Shown here: positions 1 to 8,194 of the stretch, one piece after another | How the letters are laid out: each line of letters opens with the position of its first letter | How positions within the stretch are numbered: the first letter of the stretch is position 1 | Assembly (NCBI GenBank): GCA_964420405.1 | Contig: CAYQTL010000003.1 | Span: forward strand, 73,154-137,153 | Direction: 5' to 3' | Source: an uncultured Thermoanaerobaculia bacterium | Lineage (GTDB): Bacteria; Acidobacteriota; Thermoanaerobaculia; Thermoanaerobaculales; Sulfomarinibacteraceae | DNA: 64,000 nt | Made by a program: the position numbers and the translations under genes | Notes under the pieces: generated by a model | The model's database searches: none | The model's input: the letters and a program-made list of their open reading frames with translations, nothing else | What the model was told of the DNA's origin: nothing

Positions 1-18
1 CCGGTATACTCGGGCGTC

Positions 19-687
19 GTGGACGCACCCCTGATCGAGATCCTGAGCTGGATGGAGCCCCACGCCCTGCTGCTGGCGATGGCGCTGCCGCCGGTGATCC
101 GGGTCGTCGGCCACTGGCTGCCGGAGGAGCTGTTCATGGTCGCGATGGGGGTGCTCGCCGCCCGGGCCGACTCCGGGCCGGAAGCCGCCGGCCTGCTCGC
201 GGCGGTGCTTTTCAGCCACATGGCGGCCGACCACGGGGTCTACGGTGGCGGCTGCTGGCTGCGCTCGCGGCTGGAGCGGTTCCCGCGGATCGCGCCCCGG
301 CTGGGCAGGGTCGCGGACTGGCTCTCCCGCTCCCCGGCAGCCCTGCTCGGCTTCGTCCCGGCGCGGGTGTTCCCGCTCGGCCGGGGAGCCTGGCTCGCCG
401 GATGCGGCGTCGCCGGCGTTCGCTGGAGAACCTTCGCCGCGGTCGACCTGCTCGCGCTGCTGGCCCACGTGGCGTTCTGGTGCGGCCTCGGCTGGTGGCT
501 CCACACTGATCTGCCGCGGCTGATGGCGTCGGTCCAGCTCGGCGGCGGCACCGCGATCGGCCTGGTCGTGGCCACCGCCGCCCTCGCGAGCGCGACCCTG
601 GCCTGGACGCGACGGAACGACTGGTGGCCCGCGACCGGCCGGGCGCTGCGGCGGGCGGGGGCCACCGTCCGGCGGCTGGACGGCTGA
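19..687 (+). CDS. Polytopic membrane protein (DedA/VTT-like, tentative)
   Basis: 222-aa ORF with several hydrophobic helices and normal residue composition, unlike the Arg/Pro/Gly-rich overlapping frames. GTG start 8 nt after TATACT (5-10). Family assignment is a guess. Confidence 0.55.
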   Translation: MDAPLIEILSWMEPHALLLAMALPPVIRVVGHWLPEELFMVAMGVLAARADSGPEAAGLLAAVLFSHMAADHGVYGGGCWLRSRLERFPRIAPRLGRVADWLSRSPAALLGFVPARVFPLGRGAWLAGCGVAGVRWRTFAAVDLLALLAHVAFWCGLGWWLHTDLPRLMASVQLGGGTAIGLVVATAALASATLAWTRRNDWWPATGRALRRAGATVRRLDG

Positions 688-726
688 GAGCACGCCGCGG
701 TCCGCCGACCGTAGAATTGGGTGACC

Positions 727-2199
727 ATGCGGACGACACTCGACCAGATCCGGATCGCACTCGCCTCGGCCTACCCGCTGACCCTGTTGGTGAGCCTGGA
801 GGAGGAGCGACTCGAACGCCTGCTGATGCGCTTCGGCAAGGCCGCCCGCCCCGAGCCGCTGCCGGTCGTGACCTGGAACTGCGTCGACGGCTTCGTCGAC
901 AGCGACGGCGACGTCCACACCGAGCCGATGGAGGCGCTGCGCTGGGTCGAGCGGGAGGCGCCCCGCGGCATCTACCTGTTCAAGGACCTCGGCGCGTTCA
1001 TCTCCGACCGGCGGCTGCTGCGGCGGCTGCGCGACACGGCGATGCACATCCGCAACAGCGGCCGGTACCTGTTCCTGCTCACCCACAGCGCCGAGCTTCC
1101 CGAGCCGCTGAAACCGCTGACCTACGTGGTGGTGTCGCTCTTCCCCGACGAGTCGGAGCTGCAGGCCCTGGTGACCGGGTTGACCCAGGGGAGGTCGCCG
1201 TCGCCCGACATGATGGAGCGGCTCGTCATCGCCCTCAAGGGGATGAGCCTGACCGAGGCCGAGCACCTGCTGCGCCGGCTGCTCGACCGCCACCGCACCC
1301 TCGACGAGGCGTTCCTGGGCGCGGTGCTCGAGGAGAAGGAGCAGGTCAGCCGCAAGGAGGGGATCCTCGAGTTCGTGCTGCCCGACGAGTCGGTGTCCGA
1401 GCTCGGCGGGCTCGACCAGCTCAAGGACTGGGTCTCGGAGCGACGGCCGCTGTTCGAGCCCGCCGCCCGCAGGGCCGACATGCCGGTGCCCAAAGGGGTG
1501 CTGCTGATGGGCATCTCAGGCTGCGGCAAGAGCCTGGCGGTGAAGGTGATCGCCCGGGAGTGGCGGCTGCCGCTGTTCCGGCTCGACATGAACCTGGTGT
1601 TCGCCGGCGTCCAGGGCTCGCCCGAGTGGGTGTTCCACCGGGCGCTGGCGGCGATGGAGGCGGTGGCGCCGGCGGTGCTGTGGATCGACGAGATCGAGAT
1701 GGGGGTCGCCGGCTACCACGAGGGCGAGTCCGGCTCGCTGACGCGGATCTTCTCGACCTTCCTGACCTGGATGCAGGAGCACCGCGCCGAGGTGTTCGTG
1801 GCGGCGACCGCCAACCGCATCAACCTGCTGCCGGCCGAGGTGCTGCGCAAGGGCCGGTTCGACCAGGTGTTCTTCGTCGACCTTCCCAACGACGAGGAGC
1901 GCAAGGAGATCCTCCAGATCCACCTCCGCCGCAACCAGCTCGACCCGGCCCGATACGACCTCATCCTGCTGGCGTCAGCGACCCGCGCCTGGAACGGCGC
2001 CGAGATCGAGCAGGCGGTCGCCCAGGCCAGGATCACCGCCCACGCCCGCGGCACCGAGGTGACCCAGAACGACCTCCTGGCCGCCTTCGGCAAGACGATC
2101 CCGCTGTCGCGGACGATGGAGGACCAGCTCAAGGCGATCCGGTCGTGGGCGCGGACACGGGCGCTGCCGGCGACGACCGCCCACGTGCCCGAGATGTGA
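727..2199 (+). CDS. AAA+ ATPase, Ycf46-like
   Basis: Walker A GISGCGKS and Walker B VLWIDEIE. N-terminal YPLTLLVSLEEERLERLL segment resembles Ycf46-type AAA proteins. ORF opens at GTG 721, but ATG 727 lies 9 nt after TAGAAT (712-717). Confidence 0.85.
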   Translation: MRTTLDQIRIALASAYPLTLLVSLEEERLERLLMRFGKAARPEPLPVVTWNCVDGFVDSDGDVHTEPMEALRWVEREAPRGIYLFKDLGAFISDRRLLRRLRDTAMHIRNSGRYLFLLTHSAELPEPLKPLTYVVVSLFPDESELQALVTGLTQGRSPSPDMMERLVIALKGMSLTEAEHLLRRLLDRHRTLDEAFLGAVLEEKEQVSRKEGILEFVLPDESVSELGGLDQLKDWVSERRPLFEPAARRADMPVPKGVLLMGISGCGKSLAVKVIAREWRLPLFRLDMNLVFAGVQGSPEWVFHRALAAMEAVAPAVLWIDEIEMGVAGYHEGESGSLTRIFSTFLTWMQEHRAEVFVAATANRINLLPAEVLRKGRFDQVFFVDLPNDEERKEILQIHLRRNQLDPARYDLILLASATRAWNGAEIEQAVAQARITAHARGTEVTQNDLLAAFGKTIPLSRTMEDQLKAIRSWARTRALPATTAHVPEM

Positions 2200-2206
2200 G
2201 GCTCCC

Positions 2207-2875
2207 ATGTCCGACACGCCCGATACCGAGTGGCTCGTCAACCAGGTCGCCCACGCGCTGCGCAACCCGATCTTCGCCGCCATGGTCCAGGCGGATGCGA
2301 TCGCGATGCGCGCCGCCTCCGACCCGACCCTGACCCGTCCGGCGGCGACCCTCGCGGGCCAGCTCGAACGGCTCGAGAGGATCCTCGAGGAGATGCTGCT
2401 GTTCGGTCGGCCGGCACGGCTCGCGCCGCGACGGGCGAGGGCCGCCTCCCTGGCGGAGGAGCTCGCCGCGTCCTACGCGGAGGGCGTCCGCGGCGAGGCT
2501 GCCGAGGTCACCCTCAGGCTCGCCGACCCGTCCCTCGAGGTCGAGTGGGACCCGGACGCCGTCCGGGCGGTGCTGGAGCGGCTGCTCGACAACGCCGTCC
2601 AGCACACCGAGCCGCCCCACCGGGTCGAGCTGCGACTCGCACACACCGACTCCACGGTCGTGCTCGAGGTCCACGACGAGGGCCACGGGATGCCGCCAGA
2701 GATCCTCGAGCGGGCGACGGTGCCGTTCTTCCCCCAGCACCGGGGCCGGCCCGGCCTCGGGCTCGCGGTGGCCCGCAAGCTCGCCACCGCCCACGGCGGC
2801 AGGCTCGAGATCGCCTCGACCCCGGAGGTCGGCACCACCGTCAGGATCACCCTGCCGCGGCGGGTGGACGCCTGA
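2207..2875 (+). CDS. Soluble histidine kinase (HisKA-like + HATPase_c, no sensor domain)
   Basis: H-box VAHALRNPI; ATP-binding boxes HDEGHGMP and GLGLAVARKLATAHGG. 222 aa, no TM segment. Starts 8 nt after the AAA gene stop. Confidence 0.85.
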   Translation: MSDTPDTEWLVNQVAHALRNPIFAAMVQADAIAMRAASDPTLTRPAATLAGQLERLERILEEMLLFGRPARLAPRRARAASLAEELAASYAEGVRGEAAEVTLRLADPSLEVEWDPDAVRAVLERLLDNAVQHTEPPHRVELRLAHTDSTVVLEVHDEGHGMPPEILERATVPFFPQHRGRPGLGLAVARKLATAHGGRLEIASTPEVGTTVRITLPRRVDA

Positions 2876-2877
2876 AG

Positions 2878-3840
2878 GTGGTGTCGCGGGAGCGTCGCCA
2901 GCCGGACGACGCGGCGCAGGCGGCGTCCGGCGCCGTCACGCGGCTGGTCGCCCGCCGGGCCGACCGCGGCGAGCGGCTGGACCGCTTCCTGGCCGCCTGC
3001 GTCGGCCTGTCGCGCCGGGGGTGTCGGCAGCTGGTCGCCGACGGCGAGGTATGGCTCAACGGACGGCCCGTACGGGTCCAGTCGCGGCCGGTCGAGCCGG
3101 GCGACGTCGTCGACGTGCTGCGGGATCCGGCCGGGCTCGAGCCCGCGACCCGGCCGCCCGTGCCGCGCCCCGACCTGCTGTACCTGGACCGCTGCCTGCT
3201 CGTCGCCGACAAGCCGGCGGGAATGCTGTCGCAGCCGGCGGAGGACACGCCGCCCGACGAGACGACGCTGGACGAGGCCGTGCTGGTCCGGCTCGCCGCG
3301 GACACCGGCCGCAGGCCGTTCCTGCGGCTCGTCCACCGGATCGACCGGCTCACCAGCGGCGCCGTGCTGCTCGCCCGGACCCCCCAGGTGCTGCCGGTGC
3401 TCGCCGCGGCGTGGCGGACGGGCGCCGTCGAGCGCCGGTACCTGGCCGTGGTCGAGGGGGTCCCGGGGTGGCGGGAGGTGACCCTCGAGCAGCCGATCTC
3501 GCGGGACCCCGGCCACCGGTGGCGGTTCCGGGCGGGCGACGGCGGCCGGCAGGCGACCACCGAGGTCCGCGTGCTGGCGGCGCTGGCGGGCGGTCGATGC
3601 GCGGTCGAGTGCCGCCTGGTCACCGGCCGCACCCACCAGGTCCGCGTCCACCTCGCCGCGGCGGGCCATCCGGTGCTCGGGGACCGGCTCTACGGCGGGC
3701 CCGAAAGCGACGACACCGGCCGTCCGCTGCTCCATGCCGCCTCGCTCGCTCTGCCCCACCCCGTGACCGGCGACCGCCTCGAGGTCACGAGCCCGCTGCC
3801 GGCGGACATCCGGGCTCTGTGGCCGGAGGGCGCGACCTGA
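2878..3840 (+). CDS. RluA-family pseudouridine synthase with S4 domain (RluD-like)
   Basis: S4-like N-terminus (RLDRFLA..LVADGEVWLNGRP), catalytic HRIDRLTSG, GRTHQVRVHLA. In-frame GTG 3 nt after the kinase stop. The upstream part of the 2230-3840 ORF is Arg/Pro-rich noise. Confidence 0.85.
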   Translation: MVSRERRQPDDAAQAASGAVTRLVARRADRGERLDRFLAACVGLSRRGCRQLVADGEVWLNGRPVRVQSRPVEPGDVVDVLRDPAGLEPATRPPVPRPDLLYLDRCLLVADKPAGMLSQPAEDTPPDETTLDEAVLVRLAADTGRRPFLRLVHRIDRLTSGAVLLARTPQVLPVLAAAWRTGAVERRYLAVVEGVPGWREVTLEQPISRDPGHRWRFRAGDGGRQATTEVRVLAALAGGRCAVECRLVTGRTHQVRVHLAAAGHPVLGDRLYGGPESDDTGRPLLHAASLALPHPVTGDRLEVTSPLPADIRALWPEGAT

Positions 3841-3875
3841 GGCCGACGCGGTCCGGGTCCGTCGTCACGTCCCAC

Positions 3876-3931
3876 GTCATCCTGAGCGACCGGAGCGCCC
3901 TTGGGGACGCGGAGGGAGTCGAAGGACCTCC
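3876..3931. repeat. Intergenic repeat module M1, copy 1 (GTCATCCTGAGCGACCGGAGCGCCC..GGAGGGAGTCGAAGGACCTCC)
   Basis: Near-identical second copy at 52269-52324. Contains a short GCGCCC/GGGCGC hairpin. Confidence 0.9.
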
Positions 3932-3962
3932 TCCGGGCTCCGCAGGCCGGATGCCACCGCCT

Positions 3963-3996
3963 CCGATCCCGATCCCGATCCCGATCCCGATCCCGA
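3963..3996. repeat. (CCGATC)n hexamer array, 5 perfect units
   Basis: Read directly: ccgatc x5 then ccgac. Intergenic between the RluD-like and NfeD-like genes. Confidence 0.95.
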
Positions 3997-4040
3997 CGAG
4001 AGCGGACAGCGACGGGGGCAGCGGACGCGGCAGCCCGCCG

Positions 4041-4089
4041 GCGACCGCGGTCGCCCCCCTCCCCCGGTCCGCGTCCGTGCCCGCGTCCG
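4041..4089. repeat. Intergenic repeat module M3 (GCGACCGCGGTCGCCCCCCTCCCCCGGTCCGCGTCCGTGCCCGCGTCCG)
   Basis: Near-identical copy at 57627-57675, reverse-complement copy at 39972-40010, partial copy at 40206-40231. Confidence 0.85.
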
Positions 4090-4191
4090 ACGGGCGGCGG
4101 CGGCGCCGTTTCATCTTCCTCTCCCCGCCCGCTCACACCGGGCCGGCATCGGCGCCGGGAACGCCCCGTCCGCTCCCCGTATAATGTCCAC

Positions 4192-4734
4192 ATGACCCTC
4201 GGGTTCATCTACCTGATCCTGTTCCTCGGCGGCTTCCTGCTCGCCCTGGTGACCGGCCTGGTGCGGCGGCTGCTCCACCCGACCGCCTTGTTCGGGGACG
4301 TGGTGGCGCCGTCCCACGAGCACTGGCGAGCCCACCGCGCCCCTCTCACCGACCTGCTGGTGTCGTTCGTCACGGTGTTCGGGCTCGTCACCCTGGTGGT
4401 GCACGGCCTCGCGACGCTCGGGCCCCTGCGCGAGGTCGCGATCGGCGTCGGCGCCGGGCTGCTCGGGGCGCTCGCCCTCCGGGCGGCGCTCGGACGGGGG
4501 CGCGGGCCGGACCGGGGCGAGAACGACGGTCCCACCCACGCCACGGTCGTCCGGGAGATCCCGGTCCTCGGCTTCGGTCAGATCGAGGTGCCGGTCAGCG
4601 GGCGCACGGTCAGGCTGGCCGCCCGGGGCGAGAGCGCGGCGCCGATCCCCGTCGGCGCGACGGTGAGGATCCTCGACCGCCGGGAGTCGGTGGTGGTGGT
4701 GGCGCCGGTGGACGTCCCGGACGTGCGGAGCTGA
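4192..4734 (+). CDS. NfeD-like membrane protein
   Basis: N-terminal TM helices (FIYLILFLGGFLLALV) and C-terminal OB-like segment (GQIEVPVSGRTVRLAARGE..GATVRILD). ATG 6 nt after TATAAT (4180-4185). Confidence 0.65.
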   Translation: MTLGFIYLILFLGGFLLALVTGLVRRLLHPTALFGDVVAPSHEHWRAHRAPLTDLLVSFVTVFGLVTLVVHGLATLGPLREVAIGVGAGLLGALALRAALGRGRGPDRGENDGPTHATVVREIPVLGFGQIEVPVSGRTVRLAARGESAAPIPVGATVRILDRRESVVVVAPVDVPDVRS

Positions 4735-4741
4735 CGGCGGC

Positions 4742-5344
4742 GTGACTCCCCGCGGCCGCATCGTCCTCGCCAGCCGCTCGCCTCGCCGCCGCGAGCTCCT
4801 GACAGTGCTCGGGCTCGCGCACCACGTGGTGCCCGCCGGCGTGGACGAGTCGCAGGGCGCGGACGAGAGCCCGGCCGACCACGCCGGCCGGGTGGCCCGC
4901 GACAAGGCCACGGCGGTCGCGCGTCTGCACGCGGAAGAGCCGGTCCTCGCGGCCGACACGGTGGTCGACATCGACGGCCGGTCGCTCGGCAAGCCCAGCT
5001 CGGCCGACGACGCGGCCGCCATGCTGCGGCACCTGTCCGGCCGCTGCCACCGGGTCCATACCGGCGTGGCCCTGGTCGCCGGCGGCCGCACCGCCTGCCT
5101 CGTGGACACGGCGGAGGTCTGGTTCCGCCCCCTCACAGAGGATGCCGTCAGATGGTACGTGGCCACCGGTGAGCCGATGGACAAGGCCGGCGCCTACGCG
5201 GTCCAGGGGGCCGGCGGAGTCCTCGTGAAGCGGGTCGACGGCTCGCCGCACACCGTCATCGGCCTGCCGCTGCAGCGCCTTCCCGAGCTGTTCGAGGCGG
5301 TCGGCCTCGATCTCTGGTCCCTGCTGAGGTCGGCGGGCTCGTGA
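4742..5344 (+). CDS. maf: Maf-like nucleoside-triphosphate pyrophosphatase
   Basis: IVLASRSPRRRELL, KAGAYAVQG and TVIGLPL motifs typical of Maf/YhdE. 200 aa. Confidence 0.9.
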   Translation: MTPRGRIVLASRSPRRRELLTVLGLAHHVVPAGVDESQGADESPADHAGRVARDKATAVARLHAEEPVLAADTVVDIDGRSLGKPSSADDAAAMLRHLSGRCHRVHTGVALVAGGRTACLVDTAEVWFRPLTEDAVRWYVATGEPMDKAGAYAVQGAGGVLVKRVDGSPHTVIGLPLQRLPELFEAVGLDLWSLLRSAGS

Positions 5345-5500
5345 GGGGCGCGATGGGTCCGCGCAGTCGCGGCACGGCTGGCTGACGTGGACCGGGTCCC
5401 GTCGCGGTCGGACCCGGGAGCAACGACGGGCGCCGCGGAAGCCGTCGACCGACGCAGCTCCCGACGACGCGGCGGATGCTCTCCTGCCGAGCCCGGCCGC

Positions 5501-5827
5501 TCAACGCCCCTCGGTTCCTCCCCCGGCTCCGGAGCTGCCGCTGCACACGTACGGCTCCCCCAGGTCCACCAGCGAGAACGAGGTGAAGATGTGGTGGCCG
5601 TTGAAGTCGAGCACGCGCACGTCCTCGCGGCCCTCCAGGTCGTCCGCCAGAACCTCGTACGGCACCCCGTACACCTGCCGCACACGCTCGAGCGGCGCCT
5701 CGTAGGCGAGGAACCGGTCGATCCCCATCTGGCCGAGCTTCGTCACCAGTCGCCGGTCGGCGATGTCGGGATACGTGGTCAGGAGCAGGATCGGCCCGTT
5801 TCCCGTGAAGACGATGAACGAGCGCAC
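5501..5827 (-). CDS. Small conserved hypothetical protein (paralog B of tandem pair)
   Basis: 108 aa from GTG 5827, 8 nt after the upstream stop. Clearly homologous to the upstream gene (MRSFIVFTGNGPILLLTT.. vs MRSYMVLTETGPMLVMTS..; VYGVPYEVLADDLE vs VYGRPYDVVAAELE). Confidence 0.7.
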   Translation of the reverse strand: MRSFIVFTGNGPILLLTTYPDIADRRLVTKLGQMGIDRFLAYEAPLERVRQVYGVPYEVLADDLEGREDVRVLDFNGHHIFTSFSLVDLGEPYVCSGSSGAGGGTEGR

Positions 5828-5835
5828 CTCCGACC

Positions 5836-6123
5836 TCAGTGCGTGACCGGCCGGCCGAGCCGCGCGAGCGGAAGCGACGCCAGCACGTGCGGGCCGTCCA
5901 GGTCCAGGATCCGCATCGGGACGCCGCTCTCGAGCTCCGCGGCGACCACGTCGTACGGCCTGCCGTACACCCTGCGCACCTCCTCGACCGGCACCTCGTG
6001 CGCGATGAACGCCTCGACGCCCCGCCGCGACAGCGTCTCCAGCACCCGCCGGTCGTCGATCGAGGGACACGACGTCATCACCAGCATGGGACCGGTCTCG
6101 GTCAGCACCATGTACGACCGCAT
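5836..6123 (-). CDS. Small conserved hypothetical protein (paralog A of tandem pair)
   Basis: 95 aa. ATG 6123 is preceded by GGGAGG. The longer 160-aa ORF extension is Arg/Pro-rich and discarded. Confidence 0.7.
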   Translation of the reverse strand: MRSYMVLTETGPMLVMTSCPSIDDRRVLETLSRRGVEAFIAHEVPVEEVRRVYGRPYDVVAAELESGVPMRILDLDGPHVLASLPLARLGRPVTH

Positions 6124-6342
6124 GGCCCACCTCCCGTCTCGGGCCGGTCGAGCCGCGGGGACCGGTCCGACGTCGCCCCGCGGGATCGCGCGCCCGGGTC
6201 CGTCAGGCCCGGGCGGCGCCGTCGTCCGGCGCGGGGCGTTGCACCGACACGCCCGATGGAGCGGGTCACGGCGTGTCGCGGACCCGAACGAACGCTTCCG
6301 GCCGGCTGTCATCTCCAATGTGTGGCCCGGCAGGGGGGTTCG

Positions 6343-8136
6343 TCAACCGCCTGCGCCGTCGTAGGCGGCCGAGATCCCCTCCACGACGCTGCGGGCGAAG
6401 CGCTCCCTCCAGGCGGCCTCGAGCAGCAGAGCGCGGTCGGCGTCGTTGGCCATGTTGCAGGCCTCCACCAGCACCGCGTGCTGGGCGGCCGTGTAGCGCA
6501 GCACGGCGGGCACGAAGCTCCGCCGGCCCCGCAGAATCCGGTCGCGCACCGGCTGGTAGGGATGGGTCTCGACGTCGTTGGCCTCGAAACGGTCGACCAG
6601 CCGCTCGGCGAGGTGGCGGGAGGACGCCTCGACCCGAGCCTTGAACGACGGACCGAGCCGCACGGTGGGATGGTTGCGGTACTCCTGGTAACGGCCGATC
6701 TGCGGATGGCGGACGGTGAACGTCGGCGGACGCATGTAGCGGGACGGAACGTACACCATCGCCCCACGTACGCTCGGATGCAGCGAGTCGGCGTGGATCG
6801 AGACGAACACCGTCTTCGACCGGGGCACGTCCTCTCCGAGCCGGTTGAGGATGATGTCGTTGGTCAGGTACCAGCGCAGGTGCACGCCGATGACGCTGTC
6901 CCGGAGATCGTAGGTCGGCCGCGTCAGGAGGTACTGGTCGCGACGGTTCTCGAGCCGGTCGCGGTCCGGGATCCGGTCGCCGAGGGTACGGTCGAGGCGG
7001 GTCATCCAGACCGTCGCCCGGGTGTGGCGCTCCAGGATCCGCTTCACGCGGCAGGTGAGGTCGTAGACGTAGGTGGCCTCCCACACCCCCGCCACCACCG
7101 ATCCCGGGTCCGCTCCGCCGTGCCCTGCGTCGAGGACGACGTGGACGCCGCCGAGGTCGGCGGCCCGCACGACCTCCAGGAAGCGGTCGAGCTCGCGCCG
7201 CTCCGCCTCCCACGCCACCCGGCGCGGATCGTCCGCCGGCAGGTGCTCCGGCAGCAGGAGCTCGACGGGGATCTTGACCGGAAAGCCGATCGGAATCGAC
7301 GTCACGTCGTGGATTCCGGACCGCCGGGCGATGGCCGCCGCGGTGGCGTTGACCTGGTCGGCCTCGAGCTGACCGGTGAACCGCACGACCACAGCCGAGT
7401 ACAGGGCCTCGCCGGCCCGCAGCCGGTAGACGGCGAACCGGCCGTCGTCGTCCCGGCCGAAGCTCAGCGGCCCGGCAGACCCCGCCGGCGACTCCTCCGC
7501 GGGTGTCGGCGGCGGCGCGGGTGCCGCGACGGGCGTCGGCGTCGCCGGCGGGCGGACCTCGCGGAACACCGGCATCAGCAGCGCCTCTGGGACGACCACC
7601 GGCCGCCCGCGCTGCGGCGCCCCGTCCGGGTGCCCGGGGTTGGCCCGCCGCAGCTCCTCCGCCGCGCCGGCCCGTCCGGCGAAGAGCCCTGCCAGCCATC
7701 CCCAGCTCTCCTCGCCGTCGCCGAAGGGGTCGAGCGGCCAGTGCCGCCACCCTTCCGGCACCCGCTCGTCCATCGGAAACAGCCGTCGTACCACACCGAG
7801 GCGCACGGTCGGCGCGAGGGCCGTCAGCGGAACCCGCACCTCGCGGTCCCGCATCGGATCCACGAGACGCGGGTTGGCGGCACGCAGGCCGGGCGCACCG
7901 TCGGCCCCCCCCGTCCAGGTCCGGGCCAGCGAGATCCAGCCCTCTCCCCCGGCGGGCCGGACGAGCAGCATCGGAGGCTCGCCGCGGCGCCATCGCAGCA
8001 GGCCGTATCCCTCGACCTCCGTCTCCAGCAGGGAAGGCCCCTCGACGGTCGCCGCCGCAGGGAGCACGACCGCGAGGACGAGCAGGGCCCAGATGACGAC
8101 GCCGTCACCGCGGCGCGGCGTGCGCCCGCTCGTCAC
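6343..8136 (-). CDS. N-acetylmuramoyl-L-alanine amidase (Amidase_3) with long N-terminal region
   Basis: VVLDAGHGGADPG, VFVSIHADS and LVEACNMAN motifs of AmiA/B/C-type amidases. Start placed at GTG 8136, giving a signal-like TSGRTPRRGDGVVIWALLVLAVVLPAAA. Start uncertain. Confidence 0.8.
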   Translation of the reverse strand: MTSGRTPRRGDGVVIWALLVLAVVLPAAATVEGPSLLETEVEGYGLLRWRRGEPPMLLVRPAGGEGWISLARTWTGGADGAPGLRAANPRLVDPMRDREVRVPLTALAPTVRLGVVRRLFPMDERVPEGWRHWPLDPFGDGEESWGWLAGLFAGRAGAAEELRRANPGHPDGAPQRGRPVVVPEALLMPVFREVRPPATPTPVAAPAPPPTPAEESPAGSAGPLSFGRDDDGRFAVYRLRAGEALYSAVVVRFTGQLEADQVNATAAAIARRSGIHDVTSIPIGFPVKIPVELLLPEHLPADDPRRVAWEAERRELDRFLEVVRAADLGGVHVVLDAGHGGADPGSVVAGVWEATYVYDLTCRVKRILERHTRATVWMTRLDRTLGDRIPDRDRLENRRDQYLLTRPTYDLRDSVIGVHLRWYLTNDIILNRLGEDVPRSKTVFVSIHADSLHPSVRGAMVYVPSRYMRPPTFTVRHPQIGRYQEYRNHPTVRLGPSFKARVEASSRHLAERLVDRFEANDVETHPYQPVRDRILRGRRSFVPAVLRYTAAQHAVLVEACNMANDADRALLLEAAWRERFARSVVEGISAAYDGAGG

Positions 8137-8194
8137 GCCGGCGTCGCCGGCCGTCGGGTCCCGTATACTCGTCGCCACATCGACGGGCGCACCG

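Noticed and set aside
3021-4184. ORFs containing PIPIPIPIP, GIGIGIGIG, DRDRDRDR or SRSRSRSR runs (also near 40077, 48924 and 49000)
   Set aside because: These runs are translations of the intergenic GGGATC hexamer arrays in different frames. The surrounding ORF sequence is Arg/Pro noise with no start signals.
6124-6342. Sigma70 promoter TTGACG upstream of the small paralog pair
   Set aside because: A -35-like TTGACG is present on the minus strand, but no convincing -10 follows at 16-19 nt. I did not report it as a feature.
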